Origin: a virus
DNA: 64,000 nt
IMG/VR virus record: IMGVR_UViG_3300030098_003955
Direction: 5' to 3' (one strand)
The notes under the pieces are model-generated. The model ran no database searches. It was not told the DNA's origin and saw only the letters and a program-made list of their open reading frames with translations. The translations under genes were made by a program, and so were the position numbers. This document shows, piece after piece, positions 26,178 to 36,396 of this stretch (position 1 is the stretch's first letter; each line of letters begins with the position of its first letter).

Positions 26178-27157
26178 TGAACATATCGGAAGAAGATATT
26201 ATCCACGTTAAGTCTTGGATGCAACTAGGCTATCCTAATTACGAGGTAGACTACCTAGAGCCTGACAAGATACCTGAATCAGGGATAATCTATTGCAATA
26301 TAGAGCATATTGGAGACTTCTTTGAAAAATGTAAGAAGACTGACAATGAGTATGTTGTGATAAGTGGCTTTAGTGACTACGGCTTTGCTATTCAAGACGA
26401 ACATCCTGTATGGTACGACATGTACAAGTGGCTAACATATGTTAAGTCTTATCTCTCTCCAGATTTGGAGTATCAAGATTTAGTAGTCCCTTCCAGAAGA
26501 GAAAAAGAAAAAACTGATATAAGTCACACGTACTCTGTTAAGTGTGATTCATACACTCTTTATACAGTTGAAGATATTCCTAAGAATGTAAAGACTTGGT
26601 TTTTGGCTAACCCTATGTGTATGCACGAAAAGATTGTAGGCATACCGTTCGGCATCTCCGACAATGTTGATAGGTCTATATTTAGTAAAATAGAACATAA
26701 GAAGATGTCGGATAAAACGAAGTATTGCTATCTAAACTGGAGCGACTATACGTCCGATAGAGCAGATGCGAGAAATTTTTTCAAAAACAAACAGTATAAT
26801 TGGCTCACAATACAAGAACAGACAAAGCCACAAATTGAATTTTATCAAGACATTTCTGAACACGCATTTATTTTATGCCCTCAAGGCAATGGTGTTGACA
26901 CTTACAGATTTTTAGAGACAATATACTGTGGCTCTATACCTATAGTGCAGGCAAATGTCTTAGCCAATTATTTAGATGGCTTACCTATGGTGGCGGTTCA
27001 AAACATGAGAGACTTAGATTTTTCGATACTTAGGAAAATACTAAGCGAAGTCGCACAACAAACGACCGAGAGCCTAATCAAGACTCCAAAACATAAACTA
27101 TCATACTGGAAAGAACTTATAACGGAAGCAGGAAATGGGATTTCTACAATCAACTAG
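26177..27157 (+). CDS. exostosin/GT47-like glycosyltransferase
   Basis: FILCPQGNGVDTYR..E..YCGSIPIV. Confidence 0.7.
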   Translation: MNISEEDIIHVKSWMQLGYPNYEVDYLEPDKIPESGIIYCNIEHIGDFFEKCKKTDNEYVVISGFSDYGFAIQDEHPVWYDMYKWLTYVKSYLSPDLEYQDLVVPSRREKEKTDISHTYSVKCDSYTLYTVEDIPKNVKTWFLANPMCMHEKIVGIPFGISDNVDRSIFSKIEHKKMSDKTKYCYLNWSDYTSDRADARNFFKNKQYNWLTIQEQTKPQIEFYQDISEHAFILCPQGNGVDTYRFLETIYCGSIPIVQANVLANYLDGLPMVAVQNMRDLDFSILRKILSEVAQQTTESLIKTPKHKLSYWKELITEAGNGISTIN

Positions 27158-28226
27158 AGACTTAAATATCATAGCACCAGTTAACCAACTTGGTTACGGA
27201 GTCACCGGAATAAATTTTGTCAAAGGCGTAACAGAGTTAGGACACAGTCCCTCGCTTACCGTCTTGGGAAATCCCGACGTTCCTGAAGAAGACGTAAAGG
27301 TCATACAAGAAGCGGTCAACAACTCTAAAACTCCAAACTGGGAATCTCCTTGCGTGAGAATATGGCATCAGCATGACATGTCTATGTTTGTAGGTAGGGG
27401 AACCAAGATTGGGATGCCTATCTTTGAACTCAACAGGTTTGTTGATCTAGAAAAACATCATCTCAATTTCCCAGACAAATTGTTTGTATGTTCTGACTGG
27501 GCTAAGCAAGTAATCCTCAATAACTTTCCGCACAGAGAAGGTCAGGTAGAGGTTGTACCTCTTGGAGTTGATACAAAGCTATTCAGAGTTAATGTGTCAT
27601 CTAGAGATGAAACAATATTTTTCAACTGTGGAAAATGGGAAGTCAGAAAAGGCCATGACGTGCTGATTGAAGCATTTAATCAGGCTTTCGATGAGTCTGA
27701 CAAAGTTGAGCTTTGGATGATGTGCGACAATCCTTTCTACAGTAAAGAAGAAAACTTTGAGTGGGAAAGATTATATAAGTCTTCCAAGCTAGGTAGTAAG
27801 GTCAGAATGATTCCAAGACAGCCGACGCAAAAAGAAGTCTACGAAATCATGATGCAAGCTGACTGTGGTGTATTTCCAGCTAGAGCAGAAGGTTGGAATC
27901 TGGAGCTACTAGAAATGATGAGCTGTGGAAAGCAAGTCATAGCTACAAATTACTCAGGACATACTGAATTTTGCAACTCAGATAATTGCAGATTAGTTGA
28001 GACTACTGAACTAGAGTCGGCTGTAGACAATAAGTGGTTTAGAGGTCAGGGTGAATGGGCTAAAGTTTCTGAAGATCAAGTCAAGCAGATTGCAGATCAC
28101 ATGAGGGCAGTTCACGAAGCGAAAAAAGAAGATAGCCTCAAGATAAATCAAGAAGGTATTGATACTGCTAAAAAGTACAGCTGGAAAAATTCTTCGCAAA
28201 CATTGATAGACAAGGCTTTTGAATGA
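27135..28226 (+). CDS. GT4 glycosyltransferase
   Basis: GKWEVRKG.D, EGWNLELLEMMSCG. Confidence 0.85.
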   Translation: MGFLQSTRDLNIIAPVNQLGYGVTGINFVKGVTELGHSPSLTVLGNPDVPEEDVKVIQEAVNNSKTPNWESPCVRIWHQHDMSMFVGRGTKIGMPIFELNRFVDLEKHHLNFPDKLFVCSDWAKQVILNNFPHREGQVEVVPLGVDTKLFRVNVSSRDETIFFNCGKWEVRKGHDVLIEAFNQAFDESDKVELWMMCDNPFYSKEENFEWERLYKSSKLGSKVRMIPRQPTQKEVYEIMMQADCGVFPARAEGWNLELLEMMSCGKQVIATNYSGHTEFCNSDNCRLVETTELESAVDNKWFRGQGEWAKVSEDQVKQIADHMRAVHEAKKEDSLKINQEGIDTAKKYSWKNSSQTLIDKAFE

Positions 28227-28849
28227 CCATGAAAATTGGACACGAAGAAAACAGCGATGTAATTGCACTAATATCAAGCACGGCTTTGGCTGAAGTATTT
28301 ACGCCAATCGCTAACTCAATGAAAGATGGAATGTGCTTTGTTGAAGTTGGAGTATTTATTGGTGGTAGCTTTTGTTTCTTTGGACATGAGACAAAAAAGC
28401 AAAACAAAAATATTAAAATGCACGCCGTAGATACTTTTGAGTTTGGCAATATATCCGTGGAGTCTGTGAGATACATTGAGAACGCTACGGGTCAGAAGTT
28501 TACTTACGAAAGAGACAAGATTCAGGAACAACTCAAAGATCTGTTTATTTCCAATGTAGAAAAGTGCGGTCTGACAGAGCAAACCCTCATTCATAAGTCG
28601 GACTCAATACGAGCCTCAAATAGATTTGATGACAATAGTATCGACTTTATTCACTTCGACGGAGATCATGACATCGACTATGTTCGTACAGAGATTTCGG
28701 CTTGGCTACCAAAGATGAAAGAGAACTCAGTGATAGCTGGTCATGATTGGCCTAGCGTAGCAGGTGTTATTAGAGAATTTTTTGAAGACATTGAAGTCTT
28801 TAACAACGAATCTTATGTAGTGAAGCTAGGTAAGGGTATTGATAATTGA
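28223..28849 (+). CDS. class I SAM methyltransferase (Methyltransf_24-like)
   Basis: VEVGVF.GGS, DFIHFDGDH, AGHDW. Confidence 0.8.
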   Translation: MTMKIGHEENSDVIALISSTALAEVFTPIANSMKDGMCFVEVGVFIGGSFCFFGHETKKQNKNIKMHAVDTFEFGNISVESVRYIENATGQKFTYERDKIQEQLKDLFISNVEKCGLTEQTLIHKSDSIRASNRFDDNSIDFIHFDGDHDIDYVRTEISAWLPKMKENSVIAGHDWPSVAGVIREFFEDIEVFNNESYVVKLGKGIDN

Positions 28850-29706
28850 TAAACGCACTCATACTATCTAAAGACAGAGCCTGTCAGCTTAGATTATTGT
28901 TTGACAGCATTAAAAAGTATGCACCTAAGCTATTTAATCAAATCACAGTAATATACACTGGGTCTGATGACAGATTTACACAGGGGTACGACAAGCTAAT
29001 ATCACAAGAAGTCTTACCAAATTTAGTTTGGCAAAAAGAAAAAGACTTCGTTCAAGACTTTGTTAACTTCTTTGAGCAGTGTGACTCTGAGTTTTCCTGC
29101 GGGATTGTAGATGATTGTGTCTTTTATAAGACAGTTCCATCGGATGCAGAGTTGGTCGAAGCAGCATTTGACGATGATGTTTTTTGTTTTTCTCTTAGGC
29201 TTGGCTCAAATACAACCATGCAGTATTACATGAGGCCAGAAGAGAGGCATCACCTTCAAAATCACATGGTCAGTTCTCATTTTGTAAAGTGGGACTGGAA
29301 AGAATGGGACTCAAGACTGAACTATGGCTACCCAATATCTCTTGACGGTCATATATTTAGGACAAAAGAGCTTGCAGAACTCAATAGAAAACACGAGTTT
29401 CAATATCTGAGGCAATGGGAAGGAGTACTTGCTGGAAATTCAAGAAAAGATGTCGATAGAAATATGATGGTATCATATAGGCAGAGTGTCTTGTTCAGCA
29501 TACCTGCCAACTGCGTTCAAGATCCGCCATTGGTAAGTGGTCAAATACATAGCTTTTCAGAAGACGTATTGAATGACTCTTATCTTGGTGGGAATATAAT
29601 AGACTTAGACAAACTAGAAGTTGGCTTCCAGAACGTACAATGGTGTCATAATGAAGTTCCCTTTGTTTTCAAGGTTGATGACCTTATTCAGCAAGAGCAA
29701 GAATGA
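28846..29706 (+). CDS. putative GT-A-like glycosyltransferase (paralog of 37384)
   Basis: SKDR..QL.LL..S, VDD, YPISLDGHIFR. Confidence 0.6.
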   Translation: MINALILSKDRACQLRLLFDSIKKYAPKLFNQITVIYTGSDDRFTQGYDKLISQEVLPNLVWQKEKDFVQDFVNFFEQCDSEFSCGIVDDCVFYKTVPSDAELVEAAFDDDVFCFSLRLGSNTTMQYYMRPEERHHLQNHMVSSHFVKWDWKEWDSRLNYGYPISLDGHIFRTKELAELNRKHEFQYLRQWEGVLAGNSRKDVDRNMMVSYRQSVLFSIPANCVQDPPLVSGQIHSFSEDVLNDSYLGGNIIDLDKLEVGFQNVQWCHNEVPFVFKVDDLIQQEQE

Positions 29707-30109
29707 AGCTCCTGAAGAAAAAGCCGAAGAAGAATCTATAGCTGAAGAAGACAGGATTTGCCAAATAAGTTATACATGCGATAAGGATGGTATTGTATGG
29801 ATAGACATAAATTGGAAGCCAAATAGACATGCTGAGTTCGCCGACCTTCTCTATATGGTTTCATCAGGACAGATGCTCTCTGAGACTCTTGAGTTTATAG
29901 AAGGTGAAGCGCTTCCAGAGGAATACGAACACATCATTAAATCAGTGCTTGACTCTTCAAGTGCAAAAATGAAAGATGTCAAAAGCGAGTTCCAAAAAAT
30001 TATGTCTTTGTTCTCAGAGGATGAACATGAAAAAGAGGAAGATGATGTCGTTTCTCCTTCTGATCTTTTCAACGCCATAAAGGGACAGCTTTCTGATAAA
30101 AAAAGGTAA
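29621..30109 (+). CDS. hypothetical protein
   Basis: ORF track; start probably later. Confidence 0.5.
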   Translation: MASRTYNGVIMKFPLFSRLMTLFSKSKNEAPEEKAEEESIAEEDRICQISYTCDKDGIVWIDINWKPNRHAEFADLLYMVSSGQMLSETLEFIEGEALPEEYEHIIKSVLDSSSAKMKDVKSEFQKIMSLFSEDEHEKEEDDVVSPSDLFNAIKGQLSDKKR

Positions 30110-30149
30110 TCCGCAATAGCAGCCCCTCAAACCAATCAAAATGGCAAAA

Positions 30150-30160
30150 GGTGTATAATA
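30150..30160 (+). promoter_or_regulatory. GGTGTATAATA motif
   Basis: Intergenic copy. Confidence 0.6.
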
Positions 30161-30193
30161 TTATGGAAATCCCTTACTTTCGGGAGCGATAAA

Positions 30194-30838
30194 ATGCCTA
30201 AAAAACTAATCAACTGGGAATGTTGGGACGAATATAATTTAGAATCGGAAATGTATGACGAGATACTTGCCGAGCTGGAAGAAGATAGTTTAGAAGACCT
30301 TCCAGAAGAACAACTAATCTTGATGTCCAAAATACCTAAGCTAGTTACAACGCCTATGGGTATGTTTCAACTTCACGACAAGATGAGTCCATTGACTCAG
30401 TTTGATTGCTGGACTGCTCATACAAATTTTAGCCTGACTAAATCTATATCTAAGCAGATTGAAAAAGTCGCTGGTGTAGAACTTTTCTCTATACAAAGTA
30501 GATATAGATTTTTCGTCGGTATCGGTAAGATGTTTAGTTTTCCGCAAGTAAGAAAAGAGATAGAGACTGTCCTTAATGTAAGATCGCCAATACTTACATC
30601 TCTTGAAGATATTGAAGACGAAGAAGAGACAGAAACGGCGATTGAAGTTCTCAAAGAGGTACTGAACAAGGACAAGCACTGGGCAATCTACGTATCTCCA
30701 GACGGGATAATTGACTACATCAGCACAAATGCAAATGATGATGAAAAATTCTTAGGAACTGTTATTAAATATGAGTTTATGCTTGCAGAGCATGGAGGTT
30801 CCCTACACCAAAATGAACAAGAAAATAGAAAGTCCTAA
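30194..30838 (+). CDS. hypothetical protein
   Basis: ORF track, GGAG SD. Confidence 0.65.
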   Translation: MPKKLINWECWDEYNLESEMYDEILAELEEDSLEDLPEEQLILMSKIPKLVTTPMGMFQLHDKMSPLTQFDCWTAHTNFSLTKSISKQIEKVAGVELFSIQSRYRFFVGIGKMFSFPQVRKEIETVLNVRSPILTSLEDIEDEEETETAIEVLKEVLNKDKHWAIYVSPDGIIDYISTNANDDEKFLGTVIKYEFMLAEHGGSLHQNEQENRKS

Positions 30839-31400
30839 CGACTGCTTTTTGCTTGATTCTGGAAAGATATTTCTGTGGGGAGATATAGAAGAAGAGACTG
30901 CTAGGAATTTTGTCAGGTCAATCAGATACATAGCAAAGAAAAACATAAAAGAAATCAACATTTACATTCACTCATCTGGAGGCGATGTAGATGCTGCTTG
31001 TGCGATAATTGATGAGATTATTGGCTTCTCCACTCTTGGCTTCACAATAAATACCATAGCTATTGGAAAGTGCTACTCTGCTGCGGCTTATATACTTAGC
31101 TTTGGAACAAATAGGTACGCAACTGAAAATAGCACCATCATGCTACACCCAATATTATTTGATCTAGATATAGATTACATAGATGCCCAGAGATCTTACA
31201 CCGAATTCACTAATAGGAAATACAAAGAAATAATCTCCAGAGTAGCCAAAAACTGCGGCCATAGAAGCAAAAGATCTATCGAAAGTTTTATGTCTATTAT
31301 AAAAGACGGCTTGTGGATGTCTCCCTCAGATTCTATAGAATTTGGTCTAGTAGATGACCTTTGGGAATATTCAATAGATGAAACAAATAACGGTGTATAA
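30813..31400 (+). CDS. clpP: ClpP-like serine protease
   Basis: IYIHSSGGDV, G.CYSAA (catalytic Ser), IMLHP, EFGLVD. Confidence 0.8.
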   Translation: MNKKIESPNDCFLLDSGKIFLWGDIEEETARNFVRSIRYIAKKNIKEINIYIHSSGGDVDAACAIIDEIIGFSTLGFTINTIAIGKCYSAAAYILSFGTNRYATENSTIMLHPILFDLDIDYIDAQRSYTEFTNRKYKEIISRVAKNCGHRSKRSIESFMSIIKDGLWMSPSDSIEFGLVDDLWEYSIDETNNGV

Positions 31401-31402
31401 TA
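31392..31402 (+). promoter_or_regulatory. GGTGTATAATA motif
   Basis: Upstream of the Gly/Ser/Thr-rich gene. Confidence 0.55.
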
Positions 31403-31475
31403 TAGTGGGAATGGACTTTTATCATTGGAAAAAAATGGACTTATGGCGTAGCTAATAACATATAAGGTAAATAAA

Positions 31476-32147
31476 ATGACTGTTAGCACCCATACACAAA
31501 CAGCTACCGGATCAGGTCAAGAAGACATTGATGGTGGAGTAATCGCCAACGGTGGTAATATCGCAGGATCTAGATTTACTGCGAAGAAACCTTCTGAACT
31601 CGTAAGTGAAAGATCTGATCTTTACGGATCGAAGGTTCTTGCTAATACTGGTTCAGCATATGAAGCTGGTATTGCATTGGCTAGAAGCGGTGGTACTCTT
31701 GCTTACAATCCAAGTTCTCCCACTTCTTCTGACAACGGAGTTATCGGTGTTGGATTTAACTCTCTTCTAAATGGTATTGCAGGCACTACAGACATCATTA
31801 GAGGTCTTCGTGGTGGCGATCAGAATAGAAGAGGTGGAAACATCCATCCTAAGACTAAGTACTATCAAAGAGGTACTTGGGCTACAGCTATCTTCAATAT
31901 CTTCAGAAACCCAACATCCGAATCTACAAACAACCACGGCTTGTTGCAATCTGACGGTACTGCGAAGGCTGGCATTACCAACTACGGTAGTGCTGTCACT
32001 CTCGCTGTTGACGATGCTGTTACTAACTGGACAAAATCTGGTGAGTTTGTCATTCTTCAAGGCTTTGTTGACTTCACTTCTAGTTCTACTAGTGGTGACG
32101 GAACTGCTTCTGAAAACTTGATGGACTACAGTGATATCACTGGTTAG
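31476..32147 (+). CDS. Gly/Ser/Thr-rich, probably virion-associated protein
   Basis: Composition and biased codons; has its own promoter motif and terminator. Confidence 0.5.
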   Translation: MTVSTHTQTATGSGQEDIDGGVIANGGNIAGSRFTAKKPSELVSERSDLYGSKVLANTGSAYEAGIALARSGGTLAYNPSSPTSSDNGVIGVGFNSLLNGIAGTTDIIRGLRGGDQNRRGGNIHPKTKYYQRGTWATAIFNIFRNPTSESTNNHGLLQSDGTAKAGITNYGSAVTLAVDDAVTNWTKSGEFVILQGFVDFTSSSTSGDGTASENLMDYSDITG

Positions 32148-32159
32148 TTTTAACTAATT

Positions 32160-32194
32160 GCTAGGGGCGTGCATTGCGCGCTCCTAGCTTTTTT
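32160..32194 (+). terminator. intrinsic terminator
   Basis: GCTAGGGGCGTGC-ATT-GCGCGCTCCTAGC followed by a T-run. Confidence 0.8.
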
Positions 32195-32208
32195 ATGGAG
32201 TAGAACCG

Positions 32209-32559
32209 ATGAAACCCCTGTTAGCACTTTTTCCTCCTCTTCTAGTTGCTGTTGGAGACATAATTCCAGCCAACTTTGATTGGGGTACAGTGTCTGCTAC
32301 AGGATTGCTTGGATGGTATTTGTGGTACACCACTAAAATAATTTTTCCCGCACATCAAAAACAAGTTTCTGAGATGCAGGAATCTTTTAGTGAAGACTTT
32401 AAGTCGCAAAGAAACCACTATGAAAGAATATTAGAAGACGTACAAGTTAGATATGATAGACAACACGAGGCAGACAAAGTACGAGTTGAGAAGCTATCAT
32501 CCACTTTAGAAAAAATAAACCAAACCTTATCGGAAATGAACAACAATGAAAACTCTTAA
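32209..32559 (+). CDS. membrane protein with coiled coil (holin-like?)
   Basis: Hydrophobic N-terminus, GLLGWYLWY. Confidence 0.45.
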   Translation: MKPLLALFPPLLVAVGDIIPANFDWGTVSATGLLGWYLWYTTKIIFPAHQKQVSEMQESFSEDFKSQRNHYERILEDVQVRYDRQHEADKVRVEKLSSTLEKINQTLSEMNNNENS

Positions 32560-32785
32560 AAACAAAAAAACGATTGCAGGCATAGTCTCCGTATTAATAG
32601 CTTTGCTTGTTGCTATTTATCAGAACGGCGGGCTAGATGGAATTATTGTAAATGTTCCGGGATCTGATCCTATAGAGATTGAAGTCCCAGAAGCCTGCGA
32701 AGAATGCGAAGAAGATTGCGAGTGCGACATTGAAGAAGGTGTTGCTGCTTGTGATGTTGGCTGTTCTTGTCCTGCTTGTGTCTAG
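32546..32785 (+). CDS. small membrane protein with Cys-rich acidic tail
   Basis: TM followed by CEECEEDCEC...CDVGCSCPAC. Confidence 0.55.
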   Translation: MKTLKNKKTIAGIVSVLIALLVAIYQNGGLDGIIVNVPGSDPIEIEVPEACEECEEDCECDIEEGVAACDVGCSCPACV

Positions 32786-32800
32786 CTAGAGGTAAAAAAA

Positions 32801-33193
32801 ATGAAATATCCAAAAATCAAAGCCGAATGGCGACCAATAGAAAATCCTGATATAAATGTCACAAGCCAAGAGTTAAAAATTTATGTCAACGGCTCGTTGA
32901 GAGAAAAAAGAGTCTTTGATCGCTGGGCAAGTGAACATGAATTCTTTGTTCCAGCTTGGGATCAAAAAGGAAATCTTTTAGAAGACAGTACGAGAATTTA
33001 TTACACTGTCGAAGCCAAGACTGATAATTTTTCTTCTGAAGTTGTAGCATCTAACATAGTACAACTAGAAAGTATTTCTGTGACAGAAAAGCCAACGGAC
33101 TTGAAGGTGTCCGTCATGCCCTTTCCAGAATTTTATCAAGAGTTTAATCCGCAAGTTCCAAGAGACTATATTGTGGGTAGTGGAGTTTTTTAA
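32801..33193 (+). CDS. hypothetical protein (Fn3-like?)
   Basis: ORF track. Confidence 0.5.
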   Translation: MKYPKIKAEWRPIENPDINVTSQELKIYVNGSLREKRVFDRWASEHEFFVPAWDQKGNLLEDSTRIYYTVEAKTDNFSSEVVASNIVQLESISVTEKPTDLKVSVMPFPEFYQEFNPQVPRDYIVGSGVF

Positions 33194-34444
33194 ATGACTT
33201 GGCAGGACTTGCATGAACAGTCAATAATATTCGACTGGCACAATCATGGAACTCTTAAGAACTTTCTATTTGATCGCTCTTTAGACGGCAAAAACTCTAG
33301 ATTCTTATCTACTCTTTTTAAGAGAAGCTTTTGGCCTCTGAGTGAAAGAAACACCTTACCTAAAATGAAAGAGGGAGGACTAGATGTAGTCCTCTCTACT
33401 TCATACATTCCAGAAATAGAATGGATAGATGACCAGTGGCTAATAAAGTTGCTGAAGTATATATACCCATCGGTCAACAAAAGAGTGTTTCAGCCTACCT
33501 ATTTCGATGCAACAAACGCCATGATGGATCGAATGGAGAAAGAAGTAGAAAACTATAATAAAATTTCTTTGATGTTAAGTTCTGACCACAAATTCAAATT
33601 TGTTAAAAACGTCAAAGAGTTAGAAGAAGCCATTGTAAATGGCGACACTGCCATGATCCATGCAATTGAAGGTGGTCACTCCCTCAACGGCGAGCTTGCT
33701 AAAAAAAGAGTTGACGAATCGACGGCTATGAAACCTTTTGTTAGAGAAGAAATACACTCTAACCTAGAACATTTTTATAATAGGGGAGTAGCATACCTGA
33801 CTTTAGCCCATTTCTACCCTAACCATCTAGTCAGTCCAGTATTCCCTTATCCAGAGTATGGCATTAAGAAGAGTAACTGGAAGAAACTAATGGCTGGTTG
33901 GGATATGAATAAAGGACTCACGCCTACAGGCAAAAGCGTAGTTGGAGCCATGAAAGAAATGGGGATGATAATAGACATTAGCCACTGTACCCCAAAGGCA
34001 AGGCAGGAAGTGTATGACATTGTAGGAAATGACAAGTCAAAAGTCATTGCAAGCCATGTTGGTTCCTTCTCAATAAATCCAGACCCCTATAATTTGGAAG
34101 ACTGGGAAATAAGATGGCTAGCAGAGCATGAATGTTTAATTGGATTGATACTAATGAACTACTGGATCAGTCCGATTGACTCAGCGTTAGGCTTAAAACA
34201 CATAGAAAGAACAATAGACCATATAATAAATATAGCTGGTGATGAAGTCTTAGCTATTGGTACAGACTTCGATGGGTTTACAGACCCTCCAGATGAGATA
34301 ACAGACATATCTGAACTACCTAGACTGACTAGATACCTATCTTCTTTCATGTCTGGCATATCAGAAAGAAAATACTCAGACCAAACAATCGCAAACTTAC
34401 TTGGAAGAAATTCCCTTAAATTCATATTAGAGGCTTGGAAATAA
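33194..34444 (+). CDS. membrane dipeptidase, peptidase family M19
   Basis: DWHNH, AIEGGH, YLTLAH, IIDISH, IASH, IGTDFDG, N.LG.N. Confidence 0.85.
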   Translation: MTWQDLHEQSIIFDWHNHGTLKNFLFDRSLDGKNSRFLSTLFKRSFWPLSERNTLPKMKEGGLDVVLSTSYIPEIEWIDDQWLIKLLKYIYPSVNKRVFQPTYFDATNAMMDRMEKEVENYNKISLMLSSDHKFKFVKNVKELEEAIVNGDTAMIHAIEGGHSLNGELAKKRVDESTAMKPFVREEIHSNLEHFYNRGVAYLTLAHFYPNHLVSPVFPYPEYGIKKSNWKKLMAGWDMNKGLTPTGKSVVGAMKEMGMIIDISHCTPKARQEVYDIVGNDKSKVIASHVGSFSINPDPYNLEDWEIRWLAEHECLIGLILMNYWISPIDSALGLKHIERTIDHIINIAGDEVLAIGTDFDGFTDPPDEITDISELPRLTRYLSSFMSGISERKYSDQTIANLLGRNSLKFILEAWK

Positions 34445-35502
34445 TGTTTTTTAAAGATAATGAATACACTAAGGCTTTGAGTGATTATATTGCTTTAGGC
34501 TTTGAAGAAGAAATTACAGAAGACAACTTCGTAATCCCAACAGAAGCAGATTATGTTGACTTTGGGGAAGAAACCGAAGACTGGGATATTGCTCAGGCAA
34601 AGCCCGGCCTTTGGGAAAATATCCGAAGAAAGAAAGAGAGAGAAGGCAAAAACTACAAGCCTGCTAAGACCGAAAAAGAAGGCAGGCCAAGTCAAGAAGA
34701 GCTGAAGAAAGCTCAATCTGACAAGCCTTCTAAAAATGACCCTCGTAGGACTCCCGCTCCAAAAAAAGACCAGAAGAAAGGGTCTAAGAAAAACAAACCA
34801 GACAGCGCAAAGAACCCAAGCGGCAAAATAACTTTTAGCAAAGAAGTCACTAAGCAGTTGTCAAACAAAGTCAGAGAACACAATTCAAAAAGCAAAGGTT
34901 CTAAGGCTACGCTCGGTATGCTTAAAGCTGTTTATCGCAGAGGTGCTGGTGCGTACTCGACTAGTCACGCCCCTAAAATGAGTCGCCATGGTTGGGCTAT
35001 TGCTAGAGTAAATGCTTTTTTAACTTTACTTAGAACTGGCAAACCTTCTAACTCTGCTTATACTCAAGACAATGACCTTTTACCAAAAGGCCATCCAAGA
35101 AAGTCTAAAGCTAGCATTATTGAAAGAGTTACAGATGGTTATGCGGCTACTCAAAGTGGCATGAGTGACAAGCAAAAGAAGACACTTGATAAAAACAAAG
35201 ATGGTAAAGTTACGAAAGAAGACTTTGAACTTCTTCGCAAGAAGAAAGAGTCAGAAGGCTCTGAATATCAGGGAAGAAAAGTTAAACTTAACAAGCCATT
35301 CAGAACTCCCGACGGCCCAAAGAAGTTTTCCGTTTATGTTAAGAACGAAAAAGGGAATGTCGTTAAGGTAAACTTTGGTGATCCAAATATGGAGATTAAG
35401 CGAGACGATCCTGCCAGAAGGAAGAGTTTTAGAGCTAGACATAAGTGCGCAACTCCCGGCCCAAAATGGAAGGCAAGATATTGGTCTTGTAAAAAGTGGT
35501 AA
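34444..35502 (+). CDS. basic multidomain phage protein with EF-hand-like motif
   Basis: GLWENIRRK; LKAVYRRGAGAY; DKNKDGKVTKEDF; KKFSVYVK..VNFGD..RRKSFRARH.C. Confidence 0.6.
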   Translation: MFFKDNEYTKALSDYIALGFEEEITEDNFVIPTEADYVDFGEETEDWDIAQAKPGLWENIRRKKEREGKNYKPAKTEKEGRPSQEELKKAQSDKPSKNDPRRTPAPKKDQKKGSKKNKPDSAKNPSGKITFSKEVTKQLSNKVREHNSKSKGSKATLGMLKAVYRRGAGAYSTSHAPKMSRHGWAIARVNAFLTLLRTGKPSNSAYTQDNDLLPKGHPRKSKASIIERVTDGYAATQSGMSDKQKKTLDKNKDGKVTKEDFELLRKKKESEGSEYQGRKVKLNKPFRTPDGPKKFSVYVKNEKGNVVKVNFGDPNMEIKRDDPARRKSFRARHKCATPGPKWKARYWSCKKW

Positions 35503-35503
35503 T

Positions 35504-35788
35504 ATGTCCAATAATAGACTACAGAAGATTATCGAAAAGCGTCGTCAAAGACATCAGCAAAAGATGGATAAGAAGGACGCAAAAGAAGAAAAGAAAGAAA
35601 ACAGAAGAAACTTTGTCATAGAGCGAATACACTCGGTCAAAGAAAAGTTTTATGCTGTTGCGGCCAAAAGGAAGTGGTTGTTTCTTATTATTGTTGCAGC
35701 TATAATTGCATACTTAGTTATCTTTAAGGGTGGGTTTAGTCTCGGAGGAGGCGGCGGCGTACTCGAAAAGATAAAAACATTTTTTTGA
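35504..35788 (+). CDS. membrane protein
   Basis: Basic N-terminus plus one TM. Confidence 0.55.
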   Translation: MSNNRLQKIIEKRRQRHQQKMDKKDAKEEKKENRRNFVIERIHSVKEKFYAVAAKRKWLFLIIVAAIIAYLVIFKGGFSLGGGGGVLEKIKTFF

Positions 35789-35802
35789 TTTAGGAGATTA
35801 AA

Positions 35803-35985
35803 ATGGAAAAGCTAAAAGCTTTATGGAAAAGTCGCCGCTTTTGGACTGCCGTAGGCGGTGTTGTTGTAGTGGCACTTCAGGACACTATCGGAATTGACCC
35901 AGAAGCAACCAACAGAATCGTTGCTTTGGCCGTAGCTTGGATTGTTGGAGACTCACTTAGAGTCACTGACTCTGGCGGCGAATAG
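35803..35985 (+). CDS. small holin-like membrane protein
   Basis: KSRRFW followed by two TMs; AGGAG SD. Confidence 0.5.
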   Translation: MEKLKALWKSRRFWTAVGGVVVVALQDTIGIDPEATNRIVALAVAWIVGDSLRVTDSGGE

Positions 35986-36102
35986 AAATACAATAGGCGA
36001 AAAAAGTTTTACATGTATTGCCTGCCCCACATGTAAAATTGTGCAACTCTTTCACTACCCCAACCTTTTGCGCCGCCTATTATTTTTTACTAAGGATTGG
36101 AA

Positions 36103-36396
36103 ATGAAGAAGAAAGACTATCAAGTAGTAGTATTTGTTGCAGATTGGTGTCCTCATTGTAAAAACATGAAGAACAATCAGTGGGTACAGGAAGATGTCTT
36201 AGAAGAGGTTAAGCCATATCATGGTGGCAAGCCTGTATTCGTTTCTTGCAACAAACCTCAAAATCAACATCTCTCACAAGAGTTCAGCATTGAATCTTAC
36301 CCAACCGTTGTGATTATGGACGAAGATCACAATGTAAAAAAAAGGGGTAATAACATGAGTGCTGATAAACTTATTGAGTTCTTAAAGGATTTCTAA
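36103..36396 (+). CDS. thioredoxin-like protein
   Basis: F.ADWCPHC, YPT. Confidence 0.85.
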   Translation: MKKKDYQVVVFVADWCPHCKNMKNNQWVQEDVLEEVKPYHGGKPVFVSCNKPQNQHLSQEFSIESYPTVVIMDEDHNVKKRGNNMSADKLIEFLKDF

